Shown: positions 54,514-64,000 of the stretch, in pieces | Position numbering within the stretch: the first letter of the stretch is position 1 | How the letters are laid out: every line of letters starts with the position of its first letter | From: Escherichia phage JEP8 | Length of the DNA: 64,000 nucleotides | Sequence record: MT764208.1 | Strand: one strand, 5' to 3' | The notes under the pieces: generated by a model | Seen by the model: the letters and a program-made list of their open reading frames with translations, nothing else | What the model was told of the DNA's origin: nothing | The model's database searches: none | Program-made: the position numbers and the translations under genes

Positions 54514-57500
54514 TTAAAGCGCCTAGTGTAACTAGCTTGACAATAGAAAAATTGTCTGCTAATCAGGCGTATATCACATGGGATGACGTAGGCGAAAACT
54601 TCTTTTATTTTGTGGAGTTAGCCGAAACCAGAACACGAGACGGGGAGATCATCCCCGTCGATGAGTTAAGCTGGGTAAACCTGGGATATACTGCCGAACA
54701 AAACTGGTTTGAGGATAAAAACCTTTTTCCAGAATATTATTACAAATTTCGTGTAGCAGTAGCCGCAGAAGGATTTGAACAAAGTAAATGGATTGAAACC
54801 GAAGAGTTTCAGACATTTAAAACAAACGCATATAATTTTTCTATGATGCGAGAGTTCAACCTTGCAAACGAGTTTGTTAAGCAAAAGTTTACATATGATA
54901 ATCGTGATTATATTAAATTCAATACTGATTTAATTCAAGCATCATTGATGAAGGAAGATTTTGTCTTTAGTCCTGAATATGCAAACATGACAAATATCTC
55001 AAACTACATTGTAGTTGATGAGAACTTTCATGAAATACAGGATCACATAGAAAAAGTTTGTATTGATATAAACCGCACTATGTTAGCGGAAATGAACGGT
55101 GTTTTGTACCTTTTCGAACGGTTCCAGCCGATCGTGAAAGTGTCAAATGATAAAGGTCAATCATGGAAAGCATACAAGGCTTTTAATGACCGTGTAGGAA
55201 ATCCGGTTTCCCGCACATGCGTTTATCAGTCTAAAACCACTACTTACGTTTTAGGATATGACCGAATCTTTTACGGACGACAAGCTAGAGATACTCGATG
55301 GAGCGCGGACGATGTTCGATTTAGTGATGATACGATCACTTTTGCAAAGGTTGGTGACGAGAACGATTTAGGCTTTGACGTTGAGGTCTTTGGTGTGTTT
55401 TCCAGATTAACAGGGGACACCACAAAATACGCCGAAGCTATGGCGTGCAGTGATGACTATTTGTGGGTTGGTGCTAAAGATGTTATTCGCCGGATTCGTC
55501 TTAAGAATACTCCAGTTGATACCGTACAGGGTTCGCCTACGTTTGGCGAAAAAATATTCGACCCTGATGTTATCCGAGTAACAGGAAATGATAAAGCTGT
55601 CATTCAGAAAATGGATGTGATCGACGGTAAATTGCTTGTGTTTGTTACTGGTGAAGTTAAACAGCGTTATCAAGATCCAACTAAACCAGAAAACGTTGTT
55701 CCGTCAGATGATGCGGGTGTATACTTAATCGAGAGTGATGGTCTGTCTTTTCAGAGAGTATTTGGCAACACTCCGCAGGAAAGGGAATATATTCAGCATG
55801 GGTTCAGTAATATGTCAACCAATGGTGATGAGGTGTTCATAAGCCATTATAATCATCACTTCGAAAGCATTTTACCTGATCCAGAAACTGCCGCGAAATA
55901 TGAATTAAGCGAAGCCGTAAAATATTCTCAGGAGCCAACTTATCTAACTGATAAGAAAATACATCAAACTACTTTCAGAGCAAGTTATGATGATTTGCGT
56001 ATCTGGGAGTTAGGACCGCAAGCGTATTATAATGAGGCTGATTATACATGGATGCGTCGAAACGGTGTTCGTGTGTGGATCACAAATGATAATCGCCCGT
56101 TGGTTGTTTATCCAGAGGTTATCTATACTCAAGAAGTTGATACGTCTGGCATTCTTGACCAAAATAGGGTTAACCGAGAAGTTTATGATAAGGGGACCGT
56201 GACCTGTTATCTGAACAATGTTAAATTTGAAGGATTCAAACAATATGCATCCGGTGTAATGTTCCATAAAAACACGGGAGAGATCATAGGATTCTATCAA
56301 TTTAATTACCGTGTTCGTGATCAAGTTGGTGTATACTGGAAGCCAACAAATGTAGCATTTGTTGCTGAATTGCAAAATCAGGTTCGAGAGGTTCCCTGGG
56401 TTCCGGTTCACTACGATCGAGAGCAAGATCCAGATTTGCGACCTTTACTGAATAAGATGACACCGGATAGCTTTTTACTTGAGAACGAAAATTTCAGAAA
56501 ATTCTCTGAATATTATCTGCAATTCTTAAGTGATGGTTCAGGAACATATTATAATAAACTAAAAAATCTGATTAAAAACAAATATCCACGCGAGCAAGAT
56601 GCATATGAGTATCTTTGGTCAGAAATGAACAAACGAAACATCTATGCAGACAAAAACAAGCGAGATGCGGTAGTAAGATTCTTTGAATCCCGCAAATCAG
56701 ATTTTTATTCCACTAAGGGCGTGGAGGCTTCTTATAAGTTCCTGTTTAAGTTACTGTATAATGAAGATGTGGAAATTGAGGTTGAATCGCAAGCCGGACT
56801 AGAGTATGATATTGTCGTTAGTTCAACGAACATTGACGAGGATATCGTAGGTCGCACGATCTATACTCAAACCGGACGGGCTAACGTGACGTATCTTGAA
56901 AGGGAATATGAAGGTGGTCGCCTACGCTGGCGAGTAACCATTCATAACCTGATCGGGCGGTTCGAAGAAGGTCAAGTGATCAAATCAGAGAAAACAGCGT
57001 TTGAAGGGATGATCCTTGTTGGTGTACGTGGTAAAGAGTTGTTGAGTAGTTCAATCGACTATATCAACCGCTCACGAAGCCAATACACCATGAAGATTAA
57101 AAGTGCATTGCCAGTTTCTCGCTATGCAAATGATGTAATGCGATTCGTTCATCCTGTCGGCTTTGGGTTTATCGGTGTTACCCTGCTTACGATGTTCATT
57201 AACAGCGGGTTAAGCATGAAACACACAGAGACGATAATTCAATCTCTAAAAAATTATAAGTTTGACAGCGGATTGCCTAGCGTGTATCCTGATCGGGTGG
57301 CAGACCTTGACGTTGACGGAAACATTAAGAAAGACCCGCTTACCGGAAAAGCATTATACTTAACGTCACCGACAATGGGCGAAGAGTTCCCCGTTCCTCC
57401 TGAATATGATCAGGAGAACAGCGAATTGTTCCACGGACTTAAAGCAAGCGAACGAAGATTTGCAATGAGTCCACTGTTTGACCAGTCGGCGGTAACATTC

Positions 57501-57596
57501 TCTATGTTCCGTGAACTTGTAGATAAACGGTTGAAGGATAATATAGGGAATCCACGAGATCCGAAGAATCCGACACAGAGGAAAATTAATGGCTAA
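54510..57596 (+). CDS. 7: Baseplate wedge protein gp7
   Basis: 1028 aa (T4 gp7 ~1032 aa), between 6 and 8. Confidence 0.85.
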   Translation: MIKAPSVTSLTIEKLSANQAYITWDDVGENFFYFVELAETRTRDGEIIPVDELSWVNLGYTAEQNWFEDKNLFPEYYYKFRVAVAAEGFEQSKWIETEEFQTFKTNAYNFSMMREFNLANEFVKQKFTYDNRDYIKFNTDLIQASLMKEDFVFSPEYANMTNISNYIVVDENFHEIQDHIEKVCIDINRTMLAEMNGVLYLFERFQPIVKVSNDKGQSWKAYKAFNDRVGNPVSRTCVYQSKTTTYVLGYDRIFYGRQARDTRWSADDVRFSDDTITFAKVGDENDLGFDVEVFGVFSRLTGDTTKYAEAMACSDDYLWVGAKDVIRRIRLKNTPVDTVQGSPTFGEKIFDPDVIRVTGNDKAVIQKMDVIDGKLLVFVTGEVKQRYQDPTKPENVVPSDDAGVYLIESDGLSFQRVFGNTPQEREYIQHGFSNMSTNGDEVFISHYNHHFESILPDPETAAKYELSEAVKYSQEPTYLTDKKIHQTTFRASYDDLRIWELGPQAYYNEADYTWMRRNGVRVWITNDNRPLVVYPEVIYTQEVDTSGILDQNRVNREVYDKGTVTCYLNNVKFEGFKQYASGVMFHKNTGEIIGFYQFNYRVRDQVGVYWKPTNVAFVAELQNQVREVPWVPVHYDREQDPDLRPLLNKMTPDSFLLENENFRKFSEYYLQFLSDGSGTYYNKLKNLIKNKYPREQDAYEYLWSEMNKRNIYADKNKRDAVVRFFESRKSDFYSTKGVEASYKFLFKLLYNEDVEIEVESQAGLEYDIVVSSTNIDEDIVGRTIYTQTGRANVTYLEREYEGGRLRWRVTIHNLIGRFEEGQVIKSEKTAFEGMILVGVRGKELLSSSIDYINRSRSQYTMKIKSALPVSRYANDVMRFVHPVGFGFIGVTLLTMFINSGLSMKHTETIIQSLKNYKFDSGLPSVYPDRVADLDVDGNIKKDPLTGKALYLTSPTMGEEFPVPPEYDQENSELFHGLKASERRFAMSPLFDQSAVTFSMFRELVDKRLKDNIGNPRDPKNPTQRKING

Positions 57597-58584
57597 TGAA
57601 AATAGTGTGATCTATCGCTCAATAATTACTAGTAAATTTAGAACGGAAAAACTTCTGAATTTCTATAATTCTGTAGGCGATGAGGCAAATCAAATTACAA
57701 TTTATGGAACGTTTGGACGTTCGGAGCCGTGGTCAGAAAACGAAAAAGAGGTGGGCTTTGCCCCACCTTATCCGACCGATTCAACGGCTGGCGTTGTTGA
57801 TATGTGGACCCATATGATGGGGGCGGTTAAGATTAACAAATCACTTCTTGATGCGGTTATCCCTCGTAAAGATTGGGGTGATACCGGACAGGATAACCCG
57901 CGCACGTTCTTTATCAATGACGTTGTTGTTGTAAACTCAGCACCATATAACCGTACAGATGTTGGTAGCGGTTGGATGGTGTATCGAGTGACAGATGTTC
58001 CTGATCGCGGTTATTGTTCTATTTCAAGCATTGACGCAAAAGTAGAGTGTTTGAAATTGGGTGGAAAATGGACCCCTACGCATGAATCAATCGCGCCACC
58101 AGTAGGGAAAGGCGATTCTATTGATATGGGTGACGGATATCGTTGGGAATATTTGTACACAATTCCACCTGATGCGGCGATCAACCGTTGCACCAATGAA
58201 CATATTGTTGTACCGTTCCCCGATGAACTGCGACAAGATCCGGCGCGTTGGGGCTATGACAATGTGATCACCTGGTATAATGACTATAATCTGCTTTATC
58301 GGCTGAAAGTAGTAACTTTGCGTTTTCAGGCTTATATGGACTCTGCGCAATTCCCAACTACCGCGTTAGTGGGTAATACTGGTTTCCGTCAGTTAAGCAT
58401 TATCCTTAACCCATTGGAAAAGAAAGCACGCCCTAGCGATCCAGACGTTAAAGCGGTTAAAGATCAGTACCGTCCGCAAGACTTAGAGCCACACTCAGGA
58501 GAAATGATCTACATGGAAAACCGACAACCTATCGTTCGGTCATTAGATCAAACAGAACTTGTTTCTGTATTGTTTGAGTTCTAA
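57589..58584 (+). CDS. 8: Baseplate wedge protein gp8
   Basis: 331 aa (T4 gp8 ~334 aa), between 7 and 9. Confidence 0.85.
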   Translation: MANENSVIYRSIITSKFRTEKLLNFYNSVGDEANQITIYGTFGRSEPWSENEKEVGFAPPYPTDSTAGVVDMWTHMMGAVKINKSLLDAVIPRKDWGDTGQDNPRTFFINDVVVVNSAPYNRTDVGSGWMVYRVTDVPDRGYCSISSIDAKVECLKLGGKWTPTHESIAPPVGKGDSIDMGDGYRWEYLYTIPPDAAINRCTNEHIVVPFPDELRQDPARWGYDNVITWYNDYNLLYRLKVVTLRFQAYMDSAQFPTTALVGNTGFRQLSIILNPLEKKARPSDPDVKAVKDQYRPQDLEPHSGEMIYMENRQPIVRSLDQTELVSVLFEF

Positions 58585-58596
58585 GTGTATGATTTA

Positions 58597-58634
58597 AAAG
58601 CCAATTCGAGAGAGTTGGCTTTTCTGTTTTTGGT
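58597..58634 (+). terminator. Rho-independent terminator after gene 8
   Basis: GCCAAUUC-GAGAGA-GUUGGC hairpin followed by UUUUCUGUUUUU. Confidence 0.65.
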
Positions 58635-58635
58635 G

Positions 58636-58664
58636 TTGACAATCTTGTCTGGTAAAGGTATAAT
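58636..58664 (+). promoter_or_regulatory. sigma70-type promoter (TTGACA-N17-TATAAT) inside the late baseplate cluster
   Basis: TTGACA (58636..58641), TATAAT (58659..58664), then GCUCACAUCUAAACAACGGAGGAUAAAUU-AUG, the same cassette leader type as the minus-strand early promoters. Confidence 0.7.
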
Positions 58665-58693
58665 GCTCACATCTAAACAACGGAGGATAAATT

Positions 58694-58927
58694 ATGGCAC
58701 GTCGTAAATTTACAGATAATTGTGAAGCAATTCAGGTATCCCCTTGCGGTTGGGATGTGATCGCGAACGGTGAAAAGATCGGAGAGATCATCGATCATAC
58801 TCATTCATCATTAGCCGATTACACCGATGAACTATGGGAGGGTATCAACTTCATGAATGACACTAAACGATTCAAGACTATCGACGAAGCTATCTATTTT
58901 GTGTATAATCCAACTTTCGGTATGTGA
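58694..58927 (+). CDS. Hypothetical protein (inserted module between genes 8 and 9)
   Basis: 77-aa ORF with GGAGGA RBS directly after the promoter. Confidence 0.55.
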   Translation: MARRKFTDNCEAIQVSPCGWDVIANGEKIGEIIDHTHSSLADYTDELWEGINFMNDTKRFKTIDEAIYFVYNPTFGM

Positions 58928-58938
58928 GGAACTAGAAA

Positions 58939-59271
58939 ATGGCACGCGTAAATATTAAATTGCATTACACAATGAATAAAGCTAAGTTCCCAATGCAAAA
59001 GCATTACTATGGTCTACGTGCACAAGATCCTAAACTCTATGGTACTCATTGGTTTTGTAAACATGATAACCAATGGCACACATACGAAGAAATGCACGAG
59101 ATGATGAAACAGGGTATTGAATTTAGTTATTCTAATTATGACCATCGTATAACTTGCATTCGAAAATTGAAACGATGGATTCGTAAGAATCCGCAATTTA
59201 AAAACTTTGTGTTCTTTATGTCTCATGTTTATTTGGGGCATAGCGTTACCGTCACAGCAAAGGTTAAATAA
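58939..59271 (+). CDS. Hypothetical protein (inserted module)
   Basis: 110-aa ORF with GAGGAA RBS; His/Cys-containing. Confidence 0.55.
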   Translation: MARVNIKLHYTMNKAKFPMQKHYYGLRAQDPKLYGTHWFCKHDNQWHTYEEMHEMMKQGIEFSYSNYDHRITCIRKLKRWIRKNPQFKNFVFFMSHVYLGHSVTVTAKVK

Positions 59272-60110
59272 TGGCACGACTTTCTAAACAAGAACAAAAA
59301 TTACACGACCGAGCAATGGAGTTGATTAATTCAGATCGCCCATTGACATATGAAGAAAAAGAATTTTGCTATAATAACTATCATGGCGATGGGCTAGGTG
59401 GTTCCGGTGCATTCTTTACCCCAGAAGGGCTTGCATGGGATTTTACCATCGATGCACATTGCACAGGAAAAGTATTGGATCTTTGTGCTGGGATCGGTCG
59501 CTTATCTTTTTGTATGTTACATCGTTGTAAGCCAGAAAAGATCGTATGCGTCGAACTCAATCCAGAATTTGCGCGGATTGGCAAGCGACTATTACCGGAA
59601 GCAGAATGGATCACCAGCGATGTATTCGAATTTGAGTCAAACGAAAAATTCGATGTTGTAATTAGCAATCCACCTTTCGGGAAAATCAATACAACCGACA
59701 CAAAGGATGTATTTGAGTACACTGGCGGCGAATTTGAATTTAAGGTTATGACGCTAGGGCAAAAGTTTGCCGATGTTGGCTATTTTATTGTTCCTGTGGG
59801 TTCCGCTGGTTTTGCTTATTCCGGCAGACCTTATTATGACGGGACCATGAAGTCTAATAAATATCTAAAATGGAGCAAACAAACTGGTTTGGTGACTTAT
59901 GCCGGATGTGGGATCGATACATCAATCTATCGCGATGAATGGCACAGTACCAACGTTTTAACAGAAGTGGTTGAGGTTCGGTATTACGAGAAAGAAGCCG
60001 TAGAAGCGCCTAAATCGCGTCCTAACGAACAAATAGAAGAAAGTAAGGAGATTACCTTACCGAAACAGGAAAGCGAGTCTGGGACGCTCTCAGATTTGTT
60101 TGACATTTAA
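59271..60110 (+). CDS. SAM-dependent methyltransferase with NPPF motif (gamma-class amino-MTase fold; DNA N6-adenine/N4-cytosine or RNA/protein target unresolved)
   Basis: Motif I VLDLCAGIGRLS, acidic loop VCVELNPE, motif IV VISNPPFG, in the order I then IV. Confidence 0.7.
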   Translation: MARLSKQEQKLHDRAMELINSDRPLTYEEKEFCYNNYHGDGLGGSGAFFTPEGLAWDFTIDAHCTGKVLDLCAGIGRLSFCMLHRCKPEKIVCVELNPEFARIGKRLLPEAEWITSDVFEFESNEKFDVVISNPPFGKINTTDTKDVFEYTGGEFEFKVMTLGQKFADVGYFIVPVGSAGFAYSGRPYYDGTMKSNKYLKWSKQTGLVTYAGCGIDTSIYRDEWHSTNVLTEVVEVRYYEKEAVEAPKSRPNEQIEESKEITLPKQESESGTLSDLFDI

Positions 60111-60140
60111 TTATAAGCCGTCCTTGTGGGCGGCTTTTTT

Positions 60141-60148
60141 GTATGTAT
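60141..60148 (+). promoter_or_regulatory. T4-type late promoter core TATAAATA upstream of gene 9
   Basis: Exact TATAAATA 37 nt upstream of the gene 9 ATG, after a weak hairpin plus T-run that closes the inserted module. Confidence 0.55.
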
Positions 60149-60185
60149 TTTATAAATAATACATCATAACATGAGGAATTAAACA

Positions 60186-61040
60186 ATGGCACAAGTTCCA
60201 AAGAAAAGAATAGACACAGGTACTGTCGGCAATCCATCGACTGGCGATATCTTATATGATGGCGGCAATAAAATTAACGATAACTTTGATTCAATATATG
60301 ACGCATTTGCTGATCAGCGGTTTAAAGACGTAGACCACGGTGTGGGAAGAATGGTTATTCATGCAACCGGATACTATCAGAAGCATCCACGTCAAAGCTA
60401 CGCTGGTTCCGCTGTTGAGATTGGGAGTCTACACGATATCGATACAACTCAAGGCGCACTTATTGCTATTCTACCTAAAGCAAAGGTCGGCGAGGGTGTT
60501 GTATTCATAAATAGTAACGGTAGCCTTTCAACGACGACACCGCTCAATATTCGAACTCAAGCAGGTGATTCTATTAGCGGTTATTCCGGTGATGCTACAA
60601 TAACACAACCATTTTCAAAAGTCACTGTTTGGTGTACTGCCGTTGAAGGTAGTCGCGTAACGTGGCGATTGGGTATCGAAAGTATGTTTACCGATACAAC
60701 AACGCCATTAGATAAAACAGTTAACGTAACTGGAGTAGCAACAAACGTTGCTATTGCCGCAAAAACAGAATACGTTTCCATCAAATTATTAACTACCGCT
60801 AGCAATACATCCGGTTCAAAAATGCGTTCAAGTGAAACGCTACTGATGATTGATTCTAAAGCCGGAAAAGTTTATGCGACGGAATATGCAGTTTTGCAGA
60901 AGACAGAAGATGAACTATACACGGTTCGTTATTTCATCGGTTCCGGCGATAAAGTATATGCAGAGTATAAGGCTACTGGCGAAAATATTCGTTTAGCAGT
61001 TAAAGCCGTAGACACTATTAAAATCGGGGTTGCTACATGA
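60186..61040 (+). CDS. 9: Baseplate wedge / long-tail-fibre connector gp9
   Basis: PKKRIDTGTVGNPSTGDILYDGGNKINDNFDSIYDAFADQR...HATGYYQKH... closely matches the T4 gp9 N-terminus. Confidence 0.9.
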   Translation: MAQVPKKRIDTGTVGNPSTGDILYDGGNKINDNFDSIYDAFADQRFKDVDHGVGRMVIHATGYYQKHPRQSYAGSAVEIGSLHDIDTTQGALIAILPKAKVGEGVVFINSNGSLSTTTPLNIRTQAGDSISGYSGDATITQPFSKVTVWCTAVEGSRVTWRLGIESMFTDTTTPLDKTVNVTGVATNVAIAAKTEYVSIKLLTTASNTSGSKMRSSETLLMIDSKAGKVYATEYAVLQKTEDELYTVRYFIGSGDKVYAEYKATGENIRLAVKAVDTIKIGVAT

Positions 61041-62839
61041 AACAATTAATTAATATCGGTAACGTTGTTGATGACGGTACAGGTGATTATCTAAGAAAAG
61101 GTGGTCAAAAGATTAATGACAACTTTTCTGAACTTTATAATAAGCTGGGGGATGGTGATATCCCTCATGCATCCGGCGCATGGAAAACTCACACACAACC
61201 AGTATTAAAACCAAATTTTGGTGATGCATGGGCGATTAATACAACGAACAACGCTGTTTCTGTTGAATTGCCTAAAGGAAGCGCGAGTGATTATAATAAA
61301 ACAATTAAACTTCGTGATGTTTGGCGCTCATGGGCTGCACATAACGTAACGTTGAAGCCAGCACAAGGTGATACCATTAAGGGATCTCCAATCGACCGTG
61401 AGTTGTATAAAGATTTCATGGATGTTGAATTGGTTTATTGTGCGCCTGGACGTTGGGAATATGTCGAAAATAAACGAGTAGATACTATCACCACTTCCGA
61501 TTTAAGCACAGTCGCCAAAGAAGTTTATATTGCAACCGAAGGACAAACAGACTTCCCCAATGTGTTTGGTTCCAATACTTACAATATTCGAAATGTTGAA
61601 GTGTATTATCGCGGTAACTTGCTTTATTATGGCAAGGATTTAACCGATGATTCTAACTATGGTTCAATCGGTGAAAACGGTGATATTGTTCCGCTGGACG
61701 GTAAAAGCATTAAATTACGCTTCCCTTGTTCGGCTGGTGATACCATTCAAATCATCACTTATATGGACGGTATCGCATCTTTCCGGTCAAGCTATATTAC
61801 TCATACAATCCGCGTTTATGAAACAGGAATGACCACTTTGGAATCCATCCCTGGTGAAGTTTGGGTTGGTGAACTGGCTAATAAGAAAGAATTTACTAAT
61901 GCGGAATTAGGCGTAAGTAAGAGAGATCTTATTAATCCAAATTCATTTGAATTGCTGATCAACGGCACACAAATGATTAAAGCGGGTGATGCTGATTTAC
62001 CTTCCTTTATTTGTGAAGGCGCTGACGGTGAAACGGAAGAAACCTGCGTACTTGCTGGCGGTCAATGGGTGGAATCTGGGGAAGATTATTCATTGATGTT
62101 CGACGAAAACAGCGTGGTGACTGGTATTAAATTATCTAAAGCACTAGATAACCGAGATACTATCACAATTCGCTGGTTTAATAATGATATCGGAACATTA
62201 ATGGAATGGGACGGTGTAGGCGGTATTAAAGAAAAAGCAGATAAAATCTATCTTAATAACGAAGATGAAGTTACTCTGACAAATCGAATTGAATATACCG
62301 ATTTCCAGAATCCAAGCCAAGCAACTAAACGCCCAATGGAAGATTATACAGGTCGTGTGATGGATATCTATTCCATATTCGATATTTTCTATCCTATAGG
62401 CACAATTTATGAAAATGCGCATAACCCAGCTAACCCAGCGACATATATGGGATTTGGTACATGGGTACGTTATGCAGAAAAAGAATTTTTAGTTGGTTGG
62501 TCTTCTGACGCAAGCGATCAAAACTTCGCACTAAACAACAACGATCTTGATACACATGGTCAACCTACACACACCGCAGGTGGTAACGGTGGTGATGTTG
62601 CATACCAGATCAAGAAAAATATGATTCCTGAATTACAGAGCGACGTTCGAGTTCTTGTAAAAGATGATAACGGAAATATTATCATTGGTGGTTGTCAGGT
62701 AGACCCTGATGCAGTAGGTCCAGCGTTTACCAAATATCGCGAAGATAATGTTAAAGTTAATCAGGGAAATACCGACCCATCAATGATTGGTATTCTTCCT
62801 CCATACAGAACTGTCTATCGTTGGCTAAGGGTAGGTTAA
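61037..62839 (+). CDS. 10: Baseplate wedge protein gp10
   Basis: 600 aa (T4 gp10 ~602 aa); N-terminal IGNVVDDGTGDYLRKGGQKINDNF motif shared with gp9. Confidence 0.85.
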   Translation: MKQLINIGNVVDDGTGDYLRKGGQKINDNFSELYNKLGDGDIPHASGAWKTHTQPVLKPNFGDAWAINTTNNAVSVELPKGSASDYNKTIKLRDVWRSWAAHNVTLKPAQGDTIKGSPIDRELYKDFMDVELVYCAPGRWEYVENKRVDTITTSDLSTVAKEVYIATEGQTDFPNVFGSNTYNIRNVEVYYRGNLLYYGKDLTDDSNYGSIGENGDIVPLDGKSIKLRFPCSAGDTIQIITYMDGIASFRSSYITHTIRVYETGMTTLESIPGEVWVGELANKKEFTNAELGVSKRDLINPNSFELLINGTQMIKAGDADLPSFICEGADGETEETCVLAGGQWVESGEDYSLMFDENSVVTGIKLSKALDNRDTITIRWFNNDIGTLMEWDGVGGIKEKADKIYLNNEDEVTLTNRIEYTDFQNPSQATKRPMEDYTGRVMDIYSIFDIFYPIGTIYENAHNPANPATYMGFGTWVRYAEKEFLVGWSSDASDQNFALNNNDLDTHGQPTHTAGGNGGDVAYQIKKNMIPELQSDVRVLVKDDNGNIIIGGCQVDPDAVGPAFTKYREDNVKVNQGNTDPSMIGILPPYRTVYRWLRVG

Positions 62840-62840
62840 T

Positions 62841-63485
62841 ATGATTTCGAAAACACGTTCAAAAGCTAGTGTATTTTCCAGCGATGCGGCGTTTATTTCA
62901 TACGATCCAGGATCGAAAGATCCTGTTATCGGTGGTTCTCGTCCTATTGGTGGTGTTAATGTCGATCAATCAAGAAAAGGTTCCTATGTAAGCAACGTTC
63001 AATCTGCAATTGATGACCTTTATTCATTGTCAATGATCCGAATTGGTGATGTGTTGGTTACAACCAACTCAACTCCACCACAAGCCGCAGGACAGATTGA
63101 AACTCTGTCATTTTCTGGTTCTGTTAACAATCAGCATAATCCAGACGCAAACAAAGTATTAATTGATGTTTTGGGTTATCCATTTATTGTTGATGTTGGG
63201 TCTTCCGGTGTTTCTCTATGTGAAAAAGTAACGGAAAAATTTACCGAACTAATGAATAAAAACATTATGTTCAAAGAAGTAAAAAGAAAAGGAAGTAGCA
63301 ACGACCAATTAGAAATTCATTATATCGATTCTCTTGAACATCCACCAACCGATATTAACAAGTACGGAATTACAATTACAGGAAATGTTGATTCTCCTGC
63401 TCGTGTTGGTTATGGTTCATGGTCTCGAATGGGTACAGAAGAGAAATTTGGAACTACCCTATATTATTTCAAACGTATTGCATAA
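62841..63485 (+). CDS. 11: Baseplate wedge protein gp11
   Basis: 214 aa (T4 gp11 ~219 aa), between 10 and 12. Confidence 0.8.
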   Translation: MISKTRSKASVFSSDAAFISYDPGSKDPVIGGSRPIGGVNVDQSRKGSYVSNVQSAIDDLYSLSMIRIGDVLVTTNSTPPQAAGQIETLSFSGSVNNQHNPDANKVLIDVLGYPFIVDVGSSGVSLCEKVTEKFTELMNKNIMFKEVKRKGSSNDQLEIHYIDSLEHPPTDINKYGITITGNVDSPARVGYGSWSRMGTEEKFGTTLYYFKRIA

Positions 63486-63496
63486 GGTGATGTATA

Positions 63497-64000
63497 ATGG
63501 CAAACAATACTATTAACCATGTAAAAGACGATGCTCAATACGTCAAGTTTAACCCTGTAAATGATTGGCCTCAAAGCATTACCAACGTACAAGCGGCTTT
63601 AGCCGCTATTAATGGCTTTGCCGTAAATGGATTACCAGACGCTACGGAAGATACAGCCGGGATCGCTGCAATCGCAACTCAGGAAGAAGTAAACGACGGG
63701 ACAGTAGACAATAAGATCGTGACTCCAAAAACACTGGCTGTTAAAATGTCACGTCCAGATGCCACAAAAGAAGTAAAAGGCATTACCCGATTTGCCACGA
63801 TGGAAGAATCGCTGCAAGAGAGCAACGAGAACATGGCAATCGGTCCAGACACACTAAACCATTACTTCACCACTAAAAAGGCGTCAGAGAGCGTTCAGGG
63901 GACTATTAAGATATGTTCTCTTGAGGCGGCAAAGATTGGCAGTGATGACACAATGGCAGTAACACCGAAAAAGATGCACACTGCCATTGCACAGATTGTA
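63497..64000 (+). CDS. 12: Short tail fibre protein gp12 (N-terminal part; continues beyond the window)
   Basis: MANNTINHVKDDAQYVKFNPVNDWPQSITNVQAALAAINGFAVNGLPDATEDTAGIAAIATQEEVNDGT... resembles the T4 gp12 N-terminus. Confidence 0.85.
   Translation, partial: MANNTINHVKDDAQYVKFNPVNDWPQSITNVQAALAAINGFAVNGLPDATEDTAGIAAIATQEEVNDGTVDNKIVTPKTLAVKMSRPDATKEVKGITRFATMEESLQESNENMAIGPDTLNHYFTTKKASESVQGTIKICSLEAAKIGSDDTMAVTPKKMHTAIAQIV

Noticed and set aside
59271-60110. Restriction-modification system (methyltransferase with a cognate endonuclease)
   Set aside because: Neither neighbouring small ORF (77 and 110 aa) shows nuclease motifs I can recognise, so the methyltransferase is treated as an orphan.

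Overview
This window is a T4-like (Tevenvirinae-type) phage genome segment. Minus strand, 1-48.5 kb: the early/middle replication and nucleotide-metabolism region in T4 order (gene 43 DNA polymerase, regA, 62, 44, 45, 46, 47, 55, nrdH-like, nrdG, nrdD, 49, nrdC, dam, tk, regB, a GrcA-like glycyl-radical protein, an M15 endolysin, 57B/Acb1-like, 57A, 1, 3, 2, 4), interspersed with about 60 small ORFs of unknown function. Plus strand, 48.5-64 kb: the late baseplate cluster (53, 5, 5.1, 5.4, 6, 7, 8, 9, 10, 11, start of 12). Main observations: (1) gene 43 is split inside PolB motif A by a ~1.1 kb intervening sequence that encodes an HNH endonuclease and has group I intron hallmarks; (2) a complete T2-type gp38-like glycine-rich adhesin gene sits alone in the early region; (3) at least 18 near-identical terminator + sigma70-promoter + leader cassettes punctuate the early region, and one has carried a three-gene module with a methyltransferase into the late cluster between genes 8 and 9; (4) a paralogous family with a repeated WEVGKTY-type domain has at least 8 members around the anaerobic RNR genes; (5) an HNH-AP2 endonuclease lies between 5.1 and 5.4; (6) candidate anti-defence or accessory genes include a 2H phosphoesterase at the 57B position, a TARG1-like macro domain, a Pol-beta-type nucleotidyltransferase, two DNA methyltransferases and a 489-aa P-loop protein where T4 has alpha-glucosyltransferase. 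All calls are from reading the six-frame translations and the DNA; no database search was possible. Comparisons to T4 are from memory.
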